46,193 nucleotides of DNA. Origin: a virus. Position 1 is the stretch's first letter. Every line of letters begins with the position of its first letter. Position numbers and translations under genes: made by a program. The notes under the pieces were generated by a model. The model saw only the letters and a list, made by a program, of their open reading frames with translations. It made no database searches and was not told where the DNA came from. The stretch is taken from the IMG/VR virus record IMGVR_UViG_3300045988_103144; one strand, written 5' to 3'. Shown here piece after piece: positions 1-9,121 of this stretch.

Positions 1-77
1 TGCCGGACGGCGGCTCCACCGATGATTCAGCCGATGTTGGGCTAGAGTAATGGCTTCTGTAATTAGTGGCGAAATAT
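1..77. repeat. Terminal direct repeat, copy 1 (identical to 46117..46193); most likely a circular-assembly overlap
   Basis: The first 77 nt (tgccggacggcggctccacc...agtggcgaaatat) recur exactly as the last 77 nt of the window. Confidence 0.9.
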
Positions 78-126
78 CGTCAATAATGCCGTTTTTAGGC
101 GTTTTGACGGCATTTCGCCACTTTTG
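65..126 (+). terminator. Stem-loop between the convergent HU-like gene and terL; candidate intrinsic terminator
   Basis: AGTGGCGAA (65-73) pairs with TTCGCCACT (114-122). An inner ATGCCG (86-91) pairs with CGGCAT (108-113). A TTTT run follows. Confidence 0.45.
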
Positions 127-135
127 CGTATAGTT

Positions 136-1881
136 TTACCTCTCGTAGGTATAAAGTAGCCCTAACGTCATTAAAAGCGTTATCGCCCCATCTATCTTGC
201 GGTATTGTGACACTTTGAGCGGCTTTTTGTTCTCCAGATTGTCGGTATCTATCACGCAATTTTCCAAACAGAAAGCGTTAATAGGGTTGTCGTTAAACTC
301 TATCTTTACCGGGTCACTCCATGCAAGCATCTCAAAACTTTCGACTGGTAGGTTAAAGTTTCCGTAGGTCTGACTAAATGGGGTTAGCACGTTCCTCGCT
401 CCAACTGACTTTAAAATACTCGTTAGCTCCTGCGCCTTGTAAGCATCGTAGCCAATACGGATAATATTAACCAACTTACTGCGCCTTAATATGTCCTCGG
501 TAATCATCGCCGTGTCTATCTTCTGCCCTTTGCAAAAAATAAGATACCCTTTTTCGTTCCAAAGCCTATAAAGCTGCTCGTTGGGATGCCCTTTTAACGC
601 TCCCTCCGGAAAATAGTAATCAGTATGCGTGTAAAACTTCTTATTGCCCGATAGGTACACGGTATAAGATACTGCGCTGAAATCATCATGCACCGACAAA
701 TCAAACGCCACGGCACAATCTGGGCGGCCCTGCACCTGATCTATACAGAAATTGCCCAATAATTCTTTTGCCTTTTCGTGGGTAAACCACGTTTTTTCGT
801 CGTTTATCGTGAAAATATTAAGCAATTTCGTGCGAAAAGCCAACATATTTTCGGCTGATAACTGGGCGGTCTGATACTCATTTTCGTAGTAGTCCGGTTG
901 CACCGTGATACCCAAATGTGGCTGCACCTTTGCCCACGTCTCCGGGCTGTCCTCTGCATCGTCCACATCAGGCATGAAGATAGATGCAAACATGGTGTCG
1001 CTTTCTGCCTCACCTCGTAGTACCGCCATCACTCCGTCAAGTTCGTGGGCAAATGGGCCATCTACCACATCGCTTGCCGTGGTGATAATGATTGTTAGCG
1101 GCTCACGCCTTGGCCCCATTGATGTTGTCAATACGTTTTTGAGGTCTGCGCCGTTCTTGCTTGCCGTGTTTCGGGCTTGGGCGTATTCGTCCATTATCAC
1201 CAATGAGGCAAACAAACCATCTTTGGTTTTGGCGTTGGCGGTCAAACATTGTATGAGGCTATCACGTCCACGGTCTTTGAAAGTAATCTTTTCACGATTA
1301 ACCCTAAAGTGCTTTTCCTTTGGGTCAATATCAAACATGATGTTTCGTATCTCGTCGAAACAGATTTTAGCCTGATCGTAGCTATTTGCGCCCACGTATG
1401 CCTGGGCGTTGTTATCGCCGAAAAGCATATCATAAACCGCCAAAGCTGCGCACGATGTCGTTTTGCTGAACTTTCGGGGCACGAATAGGTAGGCGGTACG
1501 TATCAGTCTGCGCCCATCGTCTCGGGCAAAGCCGTAGATATTGGCAAACTGGTAGGCCTGCACCGGGGTTAGCTTATAGCGTGTACGCCCTCGTATGCCA
1601 CTAAACCGCAAAGCCTCGTAGAACTTGAAAAAACGCTTTACTCGCTTGGGCTTCCAATCGTACTTATCAAGCAACTGCAAAAAGCGTCTTACTCCCAATA
1701 TCTCATACAGGTTGTGTGCGTCCGGGTGGTCTATCACTCCAAACACATAATCGCCGATACGCTTATCTGTTTCGATAAGCGCACGGCGGTAACGGTCGGC
1801 GTATGTACTGCGCCCCTGCCGCAACTGCTCCGATACCTCGGCTTTCAGTTGTCGAAATCTTTCTTTTTCTTCCTCTGTCAT
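136..1881 (-). CDS. terL: Terminase large subunit
   Basis: 581-aa ORF with COG4626-like TerL layout and an ATPase P-loop-like segment (VPRKFSKTTS). It overlaps the upstream TerS-like ORF by 4 nt, and an HNH gene lies nearby. Confidence 0.85.
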   Translation of the reverse strand: MTEEEKERFRQLKAEVSEQLRQGRSTYADRYRRALIETDKRIGDYVFGVIDHPDAHNLYEILGVRRFLQLLDKYDWKPKRVKRFFKFYEALRFSGIRGRTRYKLTPVQAYQFANIYGFARDDGRRLIRTAYLFVPRKFSKTTSCAALAVYDMLFGDNNAQAYVGANSYDQAKICFDEIRNIMFDIDPKEKHFRVNREKITFKDRGRDSLIQCLTANAKTKDGLFASLVIMDEYAQARNTASKNGADLKNVLTTSMGPRREPLTIIITTASDVVDGPFAHELDGVMAVLRGEAESDTMFASIFMPDVDDAEDSPETWAKVQPHLGITVQPDYYENEYQTAQLSAENMLAFRTKLLNIFTINDEKTWFTHEKAKELLGNFCIDQVQGRPDCAVAFDLSVHDDFSAVSYTVYLSGNKKFYTHTDYYFPEGALKGHPNEQLYRLWNEKGYLIFCKGQKIDTAMITEDILRRSKLVNIIRIGYDAYKAQELTSILKSVGARNVLTPFSQTYGNFNLPVESFEMLAWSDPVKIEFNDNPINAFCLENCVIDTDNLENKKPLKVSQYRKIDGAITLLMTLGLLYTYER

Positions 1882-2582
1882 TCGTCGCCCTCCTGCATCG
1901 CTGCCATAAAGTCGTTAAAACTATCGTTGTCGCTCTTTCGTTCCTTGCTCTCGGTGTTCATACCCAAAGCCCTTAACGCTTTCTGTCCCTGCTGCAACAA
2001 CTCGATATATAGCTTTTCTTTCGGGTCGATCGTCTTGCGTTCGTTACCCTCTCGGCTATACTCCACGTTTACGGCCTGGTGTCCGTCTGCCATGATTTCA
2101 TCGCCCAAAATGTCGGCACGTACCAACAACTTAGCCGTAATATCCACTTGGTATGTAAGTTCGGCGGTATATTTGCCTTGCTTCTTCAACAACTTAACGA
2201 TATACGCTTTCTTGCTCTTAATCTTGGCGGCTATCTTCTTGTTGTTTTCCTCGGTGGATGGCTCCGGCAAAGTCTGTCTAACTGGCAATGGGTCGTCGGT
2301 CTTTGGCTGCGCCTTGTCGCTGTAACCTCGCTTCTTGCCCTTGGTCTTCAGATAGAAGATAATAGCCGTTGTGTCGTTGGCGTTTATCGACTGCATCAAC
2401 TTACTTTCTACAAAATCTACCTGTGTCTCGGTGATCTCGTCCACTTTCTCCTTAAACTCTGGGTCGGCGTTGTACCATCGGTAATAAGTACTGCGCCCTA
2501 TGCCTATCGCCTCGCACGCTGTTGCTATGATGCCGTAGCCCTGCGCCAAAGCCTCCAAAAACTTTTGTTTCTTTTCTTCCAT
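1878..2582 (-). CDS. Terminase small subunit (N-terminal HTH, P27-like C-terminal half)
   Basis: 234 aa. The N-terminal HTH (ACEAIGIGRSTYYRWY) and the position immediately upstream of terL with an overlapping stop/start support the call. Confidence 0.6.
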   Translation of the reverse strand: MEEKKQKFLEALAQGYGIIATACEAIGIGRSTYYRWYNADPEFKEKVDEITETQVDFVESKLMQSINANDTTAIIFYLKTKGKKRGYSDKAQPKTDDPLPVRQTLPEPSTEENNKKIAAKIKSKKAYIVKLLKKQGKYTAELTYQVDITAKLLVRADILGDEIMADGHQAVNVEYSREGNERKTIDPKEKLYIELLQQGQKALRALGMNTESKERKSDNDSFNDFMAAMQEGDE

Positions 2583-2588
2583 GCTGCG

Positions 2589-3287
2589 TTACTTTTCAAA
2601 TGAGCGGATGCCGCCGAAGTAGTCTTTGTAAAACTCAAACAGTCCCTTATCAACTGTTATACTTCCCTGCTCCGTTCTTGGGTTAGTGTTAATGTTTGCG
2701 CTTGTCTGTATGCCGAAATAAAAGCCATCATCGTAGTTGCACCCTGCGTATATCTTGCTGTGGTTTTTGAATACTGCGGCACGTCCTGCCTCTGGGTGTT
2801 CCTGATAGAACTTTTGCACCATCTGCCACTCAATCTTATAGCTGTCCGGGAATATCTCGCCCAAATACATATCAAGTTTCTTAATGCGCCCTTGCTCGTA
2901 CCATTGCCGTACCTGCAAAATATCCTCTGCCGCCATGCACCATGTAGATAACAAACAATAGTCTAAGTCGTGCTGATTAAGCACCACTTTCAGGTAACTA
3001 AGGCTATCCACGTCCCCGGCGGTGATAAAATTGTAGGTGGTATGGTCTTGCAGCTTAACGTACTGCATTGCCTCCAATAACTTGACCTCGCTAAATGCCC
3101 GGCGGTACTCGTAGCGTTGCGATAACTCGGTACACTCCTTTGTACGTCTGTGCGCTCGCTTTGCCTGGGCGGTTGTCTCGGCTGTGGTTTCTTCCGGCTC
3201 CACCTCATCGGGTGGGGGGGCTTGGGTCTGACCTGCGCCAAAGCTGCCAAATCCAAAGCCTGTGCCATCTTGGTTTCCAAACTTCAT
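2589..3287 (-). CDS. PLD-like (HKD-motif) domain protein, putative nuclease
   Basis: 232 aa. NHSKIYAG...FGIQTSANIN resembles the HxK...GSxN phospholipase-D/Nuc signature. The N-terminus is low-complexity. Confidence 0.4.
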   Translation of the reverse strand: MKFGNQDGTGFGFGSFGAGQTQAPPPDEVEPEETTAETTAQAKRAHRRTKECTELSQRYEYRRAFSEVKLLEAMQYVKLQDHTTYNFITAGDVDSLSYLKVVLNQHDLDYCLLSTWCMAAEDILQVRQWYEQGRIKKLDMYLGEIFPDSYKIEWQMVQKFYQEHPEAGRAAVFKNHSKIYAGCNYDDGFYFGIQTSANINTNPRTEQGSITVDKGLFEFYKDYFGGIRSFEK

Positions 3288-3435
3288 AAATCTTGATTTT
3301 TAATATTAACCTACACACGTGGGCGTTTTTATATCGTGCCAAATATGCCGGGGCTTTGCATCTGGGCAAAATCCCCCACGGCCAAAAAATCGGCTCACGT
3401 GTGGAAAAGGGGATTGGTGAGGTTTAGTTCACTCA

Positions 3436-4044
3436 CTATGCCCTTAAAAAAAGTACCCCCGGGGTCTCAAACCCGAAAGTCTTAATAATTTCTTTCACTT
3501 CCTCATCTGTGAGGTTAAACCATTCGCCTTTTACTCTCGCACTCTGATATAGCTTGTGCAAATAAACTTCAATGTCTCTACCAACATAGGCAATAAGTTT
3601 CAATCGCTTTCTGCCAATCGTTTTCATTCTCATGTAGATGTCTTTTGACTTGCCAATCTTTATCAATCCGACGTCCTCATCACGAATTAAATACGTTTGA
3701 AACTCTGCCTTTTTAGTAAGCCCTATTTTGTTAGCGCATGATAGATGTCTTATATCGTATTGCTTGGCATCCTCCAAAATAGGTCTTGCCTTATCCATCA
3801 TTGCTTTGTATTCACTCTTTCTTAGCTTCAATATCTGCAATTCAAGATTAGTACTATACTCGTTAAGTACACTATTCAGTTGCTCACAAACGCCACTCAT
3901 CCAAACTTTCAAAAGTTCTTTGTCTTTCAATGAACGACGGATAATATTACCTTGAAACTGTATCTCTGCCGTATATGATATACCGCCATTCTTACGCTTA
4001 CGCTCATAGATTGAGCCATAAACATTTCCACCTTTGTGTTTCAT
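3436..4044 (-). CDS. T5orf172 (GIY-YIG-related) domain protein with an AP2-like N-terminus; homing-endonuclease-like
   Basis: 202 aa. The C-terminal TYLIRDEDVGLIKIGKSKDIYMRMKT...GEWFNL matches the T5orf172/MUG113 pattern. The N-terminal GISYTAEIQFQG is AP2-like. Confidence 0.55.
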   Translation of the reverse strand: MKHKGGNVYGSIYERKRKNGGISYTAEIQFQGNIIRRSLKDKELLKVWMSGVCEQLNSVLNEYSTNLELQILKLRKSEYKAMMDKARPILEDAKQYDIRHLSCANKIGLTKKAEFQTYLIRDEDVGLIKIGKSKDIYMRMKTIGRKRLKLIAYVGRDIEVYLHKLYQSARVKGEWFNLTDEEVKEIIKTFGFETPGVLFLRA

Positions 4045-4051
4045 ATCTCCG

Positions 4052-4384
4052 TTATTTCAAAAATTTATTCACAAATCTTTTCAGGTGCTCTTTGGCTCTG
4101 TTCTTTGCTTGAACTTTGCCACACCTACCCATATCCGTATGTACCTTAACGTGGCACTCGTGGCATAGGGCTTTGAGGTTAAAGTAATCAAACATCAGGC
4201 GTTCTTTTTCCTGCCTCGTTAGTCCATCCTCAACCGGAATAACGTGGTGTACCTCGGTAGCTGCTCTCACTCTGCCTAATTCCTCACACCTCTCACATAG
4301 TGGTGTATCGTTGAGTTTGTCACGTCTCAATCGTAGCCACTTGGCCGTATGTATCAGCCTTATATAATCTTTATCCTTTGCCAT
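4052..4384 (-). CDS. HNH endonuclease (terminase-associated type)
   Basis: 110 aa with CERCEE...EVHHVIPV...ALCHECHVKVH, an HNH/zinc-hook motif. Confidence 0.85.
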   Translation of the reverse strand: MAKDKDYIRLIHTAKWLRLRRDKLNDTPLCERCEELGRVRAATEVHHVIPVEDGLTRQEKERLMFDYFNLKALCHECHVKVHTDMGRCGKVQAKNRAKEHLKRFVNKFLK

Positions 4385-4387
4385 ACT

Positions 4388-5803
4388 CTAATATTCGTCT
4401 TTGATGGTTATTGTTGCATGATATTTCTTTGCTAAGTAATTAAGACTATCCAACAAAGATTGCTGTACGCCCTGCTTATTGTCTAAAGCCGCATTAGCTC
4501 TTTCATCTACGGTGTTGGCACAAATCAACTTATACACCTGTACTGGGTACTGCTGCCCCTGTCGGTGTAATCGTGCGTTGGCTTGTTGGTATAATTCCAG
4601 ATTCCAACCTGTGCCAAACCATACGATATAGTGCCCACCTTGCTGCATATTCAAGCCAAACGCCGTGCTCATAGGGTGAGCCAATAGTACGTCTATCGCT
4701 CCGGCGTTCCACTCTTTCAACTCCTTTTCGCCCTCGTATGTCTTGACGGTATAGCCTTTCAGTTTCTTAATGATACGTGTCACATCATGCTTAAACTGGT
4801 AGAAGACTAACACATGATTGCCGTTTGCAGCTTCCACGATCTCGGCTAACTTATCCAACTTCTCATCGTGTATTTCGTGTACGTCCTTGGCCTCATCGTA
4901 TATTGCACCGTTGGCGAACTGGCTTAACTTATTCATCAGCCCGGCGGCACTATTCGCTAAGATATTGGCATTTTCTCCGGTATGCAATTCGGAAAACTCC
5001 AAAACCTTTTCTTTCTCAAACTTGTTGTATGCCGCCATCGTCTTTGGCGACAAAGTAAGTTTGGTTTCGTGGGTGATCATGTCCGGCAACTGCAAATAGT
5101 CCTTTGCTTGCATTGATAGGCAAATATCAGAAATCTTGTTTTTGATAACGTCCTCGCACCCTTTTTTGATGTCGCAACGTACTATTATGTCGTTATGCTT
5201 GTGGGTATCAAAGTAGGTGTCACGATACTTCGTTACGCTCTTGCCCAAACGTTCGCCCATGTCTATACAGTACATCTGTGCCCATAGGTCTATCAGTCCG
5301 TTAGGTGCCGGGGTTCCTGTAAGTCCGATAACTCGACTAACCGTTGGTATGGCTGTACGCATTGCCTTAAATCGGTTTGACTTAGGAGATTTGAAACTCG
5401 TTAGCTCATCAATCACCAACACATCAAATGGCAACTGACCGCCATACTTACCAACTAACCAAACAAAGCTGTCTCGTCCGATAACGTAGATGTCGGCTTT
5501 AGATGCCAACGCCAAATTACGTTTCTTTTCCGTGCCCATTACCTTTGCCACTTTCAGGCCCCGCAAATGATTCCACTTTTCTGCCTCGGTGGTCCATGTT
5601 GTTTCAGCTACCTTTTTCGGTGCCACCACCAAAGTACGGCTAACCTCGCAATCGTCCATCAATTGTTGTATGGCTGTTAAGGTAATAACACTTTTTCCAA
5701 GTCCCATATCTAACAGCAACCCACATCGTGGGTGGTCTAATATCCACTGCATCGCTGTTTTCTGGTACTCGTATGGTCTGTACTTCATTGCTCTGCCCTC
5801 CAA
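4388..5803 (-). CDS. SNF2/DEAD-like helicase
   Basis: 471 aa. Motif I is LLLDMGLGKS, motif II is VIDELTSFK, and the C-terminal helicase domain carries ARLHRQGQ. Confidence 0.85.
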   Translation of the reverse strand: MEGRAMKYRPYEYQKTAMQWILDHPRCGLLLDMGLGKSVITLTAIQQLMDDCEVSRTLVVAPKKVAETTWTTEAEKWNHLRGLKVAKVMGTEKKRNLALASKADIYVIGRDSFVWLVGKYGGQLPFDVLVIDELTSFKSPKSNRFKAMRTAIPTVSRVIGLTGTPAPNGLIDLWAQMYCIDMGERLGKSVTKYRDTYFDTHKHNDIIVRCDIKKGCEDVIKNKISDICLSMQAKDYLQLPDMITHETKLTLSPKTMAAYNKFEKEKVLEFSELHTGENANILANSAAGLMNKLSQFANGAIYDEAKDVHEIHDEKLDKLAEIVEAANGNHVLVFYQFKHDVTRIIKKLKGYTVKTYEGEKELKEWNAGAIDVLLAHPMSTAFGLNMQQGGHYIVWFGTGWNLELYQQANARLHRQGQQYPVQVYKLICANTVDERANAALDNKQGVQQSLLDSLNYLAKKYHATITIKDEY

Positions 5804-6105
5804 ACTTTAATTAATTCGTCGATCGCCTGTTTGTTGTCGATTGTATAGACTTCGTGGCCCATACTTACCAACTCATTTTGTCTTATGGTTTGTATCTTCG
5901 TTGGCTTCTTGCCTTTACTTTTCAACTCCACCCAAACAACCTTACCACCATGTAGGCATACCACTCTATCAGGATAACCTACCATGTTTGCATTTGAGTA
6001 TTTGAGGCAAATGCCGCCAATGGCTTTCACCTCTTGCACCAAATATTTTTCTATCGCCTTTTCCGATACCTCGGCGTGGCGTGTTATTGCTTCTAACTTC
6101 TTCAT
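5785..6105 (-). CDS. VRR-NUC domain nuclease
   Basis: 106 aa. GYPDRVV...VWVELKSKG fits the PD-(D/E)xK VRR-NUC motif. It follows the typical SNF2 partner arrangement. Confidence 0.75.
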   Translation of the reverse strand: MKKLEAITRHAEVSEKAIEKYLVQEVKAIGGICLKYSNANMVGYPDRVVCLHGGKVVWVELKSKGKKPTKIQTIRQNELVSMGHEVYTIDNKQAIDELIKVWRAEQ

Positions 6106-6122
6106 TCTATCTTATGCCGTTT

Positions 6123-6391
6123 GTAAACATTCTACTTTCAACATTCTATACATATATACTTAATACCCCTTTATACGTATATTTATAGTATATAACTATA
6201 TATTACTACTTATACTATATTTTATGTTTATTATGTTTACATATATAGTTAAGTATTGATAATCAGCCCTTTAGGTGTAAACAAAGTGTGTAAACAAAGC
6301 CGTAAACAAAATAAATTGTTTACGCATTTTGCGATATTTGCTTTTTGTCGCTTTGCTTGTAAACAAACCCTGTAAACATCACTTTGTTTAC
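6123..6391. repeat. Iteron array (GTAAACA, 9 copies) flanking an AT-rich tract; candidate replication origin
   Basis: GTAAACA occurs at 6123, 6277, 6290, 6302, 6359 and 6372. The complement TGTTTAC occurs at 6234, 6317 and 6385. A TA-rich tract spans about 6130-6255. Confidence 0.55.
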
Positions 6392-6415
6392 ATATTCCTA
6401 CGCCCGATTGATGCC

Positions 6416-8854
6416 TTAAAGGTCGCTTTCGTCGTCGTCTTCTGTTGGTCTGCTAAACCCTCGTTGTGTCCCATATATCGGAAATCTTGCAGACGATAAT
6501 TTTTGCCAACCAATTTCGCCCAACACCTTATTAACCTTTCTTGCTTCGTACTTGTAATCTTTACTGCCAACGTCTCGCCCTAACACCTCACAAAGAAACT
6601 CGGCGGCACATACTTTGGTACGTGTTTCCGTTCCTACCTCATCCAGTGGGTCGGGGTTCTTAATGTATGCACGTCGGCGGTTTAAATCCCATGTACTCCA
6701 GTCGGTCGGTAACTTCATATCTAAGTATGCCTGTATCATTCCCGGTAATGGGTCTTCCTGATTATCGTTAAACTCACCCTGACGCTTTCGGGCTTCCGCT
6801 TCCAAAGCCTCGCTAAGATACAACTTTTCGCCGTCCTTATAGCGTTGCACGGCTTCGGCCCATAACTGGTTACGGTCTGCCTCGATCGCTTGGCGTGGGT
6901 CTCCATGCTTACGTAGTTCTGGGTTTACACTCATTACCCAAAAGCGGCGGTTTCCGGTCTCTCCCTTTAAGAAATATGTTTCATTGGTCGTACCGCAAAA
7001 AACGCATTGTCTCGGGTGGGATTCCATCACGCTGCCGTATGCCGGGCGGTACATATCATTCTGACGGCTTATGTAGGCTTTCACCTGCTCAACGTCTGAT
7101 CGCTTGATACTGCCCAACTCCGGTAACTCGATAACCCAACCGTTCCGGGCTTGCTCCATACCTTTTGTACCCTCCATCGTTACCAAACTATCGCTAAACC
7201 AATCGCCGCCCATCACATTGAAAAGCGTAGATTTACCGATGCCCTCGGCTCCGGCAATAATCAGGCAATAATCATACTTGCATCCTGGGTTCATCACTCT
7301 TGCAACTGCTGCCGTAAAGTGCTTACGTGTCATAGCTCTGTTTAGCTCATTGTCTTCTGCACCTACGTAGTCGATAATTAGGCGGTCTAAGCGTGGCACG
7401 CCGTCCCATGTAAGACTATTGAGGTAATCACGTATTGGGTGTACTCTGTGACGTGTAACGACTGCCACCAAAGCATCTTTGATTTTGTCCTTTCCAGTTA
7501 CTCCGTACTTCTCATCTAAGTAGATTCTTAGATTTGCATCATCAGTATTACCCCATTGTGTCGCCTCGGCGTTCCACGGCAAACCACCTGTTATGTAGTT
7601 AAACCCATTAAACAGATTTTGCCATATATGGTTTTTTAACCTTGGGTCGTTCTCCAGAATAGCAATAATATTGCTTGCCGTTGATTTGATGCTGCCTTTC
7701 TTGTCAAAGTCTAATTCAGCCATCCACTTGTCGGCGTTTTCAGATACTGCGCTGTTCCCGGCTTCCTCTGCTTCGATGTCGGCAAAATCATCATCGGCCT
7801 GGCCCCGCCGTTCCTTTGTAAGTAAGATTCTAACCTTTTTGTCCTTGGCTACGAAATCCTGCATTTTCAGGTACGACGGCAAACGTGTATTGTCTGTTAT
7901 CTTCGTCCCCTCATCCTGCACACCATATAGATGTATTCGGCAAAGGTCGAAAGCATTGCAAAGCTGCTTACTCGCCGGGTCTGTTTCGTGGTTGCTGTAC
8001 GCAAACTTACCCTCATAGCAAACCAAACCTGCCGCCACACTACCATTAATGTACGTGTATCGCCCATCGTGGGCGGTCTTCTCGTACACATCAGGTAGAA
8101 ACGTGTCGATTGCATCCTCAATGGAATAGGCACGGCAAAAAGCACCAATTAAGCCGGGCTTTTCGGTTGGATCACCTACCTTTTTCAATTCGTGTACGAT
8201 GATGTCGCCCTCTCGGCTCGACACTGGCCAAAGTGCCACATCTTTATAGTCGTGGTACTGCTTTAGGAACTCATCAACGTTGCACGCCTTGCCGTCTTGG
8301 TACTCAAACACATATTCGCCGTCTCTGCTTGTAGATGGATAATAAAACAATCTCGCTAACTGATAGGTGGTATCGTCGAACACCTCAATATTAAGTTTGC
8401 TTGCTATCATCCTGCAAAGTGGCTCGTATTCATCCGGGCGTACCTGACGGCTTAATGGGAACACCAAACGAAAGCGTGGGTTTTCCGGCGTGTGCTTGTG
8501 TGTGCTGTAAAGCATCGCCGCAAAGTCAAAGTTTAGCGTGAACTCATCCCAAAGGTCGGGCGTACCGTAGTCAATATCAAGCGTGGCAATACTTCGCCAC
8601 ATTACGTTAGCGGTCTTTCGTGTGCCGCCTGATAGGTAGCCGCCGACAAAACCGCCCACGTCCTTGATGCTGCTTTGTTCCTCCCTGCTCATCTTGGCGT
8701 ACTCGCTTACGCTTTCGTTGGTTCGCTTCGTTTCGCTGCATCGCTCTACCAACTTCGCCCATGTGGTCGCTTTGTTCTTCCACTTCTTCGCCATACGGCT
8801 ATGGGCTGTTGCTATGTCGATCGGGAAATCATAGTTTAACTTTATCTGTGCCAT
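6416..8854 (-). CDS. DNA primase/helicase (VirE/VapE-type P-loop domain with an N-terminal primase-like region)
   Basis: 812 aa. Walker A is AGAEGIGKST, followed by a VapE-like region. The long N-terminal domain is typical of Bacteroides phage/CTn primases. Confidence 0.7.
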   Translation of the reverse strand: MAQIKLNYDFPIDIATAHSRMAKKWKNKATTWAKLVERCSETKRTNESVSEYAKMSREEQSSIKDVGGFVGGYLSGGTRKTANVMWRSIATLDIDYGTPDLWDEFTLNFDFAAMLYSTHKHTPENPRFRLVFPLSRQVRPDEYEPLCRMIASKLNIEVFDDTTYQLARLFYYPSTSRDGEYVFEYQDGKACNVDEFLKQYHDYKDVALWPVSSREGDIIVHELKKVGDPTEKPGLIGAFCRAYSIEDAIDTFLPDVYEKTAHDGRYTYINGSVAAGLVCYEGKFAYSNHETDPASKQLCNAFDLCRIHLYGVQDEGTKITDNTRLPSYLKMQDFVAKDKKVRILLTKERRGQADDDFADIEAEEAGNSAVSENADKWMAELDFDKKGSIKSTASNIIAILENDPRLKNHIWQNLFNGFNYITGGLPWNAEATQWGNTDDANLRIYLDEKYGVTGKDKIKDALVAVVTRHRVHPIRDYLNSLTWDGVPRLDRLIIDYVGAEDNELNRAMTRKHFTAAVARVMNPGCKYDYCLIIAGAEGIGKSTLFNVMGGDWFSDSLVTMEGTKGMEQARNGWVIELPELGSIKRSDVEQVKAYISRQNDMYRPAYGSVMESHPRQCVFCGTTNETYFLKGETGNRRFWVMSVNPELRKHGDPRQAIEADRNQLWAEAVQRYKDGEKLYLSEALEAEARKRQGEFNDNQEDPLPGMIQAYLDMKLPTDWSTWDLNRRRAYIKNPDPLDEVGTETRTKVCAAEFLCEVLGRDVGSKDYKYEARKVNKVLGEIGWQKLSSARFPIYGTQRGFSRPTEDDDESDL

Positions 8855-9086
8855 ACGTCAATCTTTCTAAAGATTCATACGATAATTTATCTAAGATACC
8901 TTTAAAGTACTTAGCGTCTTCCTCGCTGTTCGCCTTGATAGTTACCGGGCGCACACCGATTTTGCCTATTGGTGGGTGTACCACTAATTCAAATGGTCGT
9001 GGTTCATCGTCCAACTGCCTGAAAAGTTCTTTTAGGTCGCTTGCCCTAATAACCTTAAACCTTATGTATTTGAAATCTTCTGCCAT
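8829..9086 (-). CDS. Hypothetical protein
   Basis: 85-aa ORF, co-oriented, overlapping the primase start by 26 nt. Confidence 0.5.
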   Translation of the reverse strand: MAEDFKYIRFKVIRASDLKELFRQLDDEPRPFELVVHPPIGKIGVRPVTIKANSEEDAKYFKGILDKLSYESLERLTYGTDKVKL

Positions 9087-9121
9087 ATTGTTTTACTTTT
9101 TAAGATGATCGGTATTTTGGT

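Noticed and set aside
1-77. The 77-bp terminal repeat as a biological direct terminal repeat or as att sites of an integrated prophage
   Set aside because: The repeat length equals a common assembler k-mer. It begins inside a coding region, no host genes flank it, and int/attP lie elsewhere (17.3-18.8 kb). A circular-contig overlap is more parsimonious. It is still listed as a finding because the termini need experimental mapping.
3314-3403. The inverted CACACGTG pair as a defined cos site
   Set aside because: There are only 8 matching bases around the self-complementary CACGTG core, which is not statistically compelling. It is kept only as a pointer within the nuclease-cluster finding.
6257-6270. 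14-mer TGATAATCAGCCCT shared between 6257-6270 and 17437-17450
   Set aside because: Several exact 14-mer coincidences are expected by chance among all position pairs of a 46-kb genome on both strands. There is no supporting context symmetry.
6123-6391. Possible CRISPR array, because of the repeated short motif
   Set aside because: The repeats are only 7-12 bp, occur in both orientations, and have irregular short spacings. That fits iterons or operators, not CRISPR repeats.
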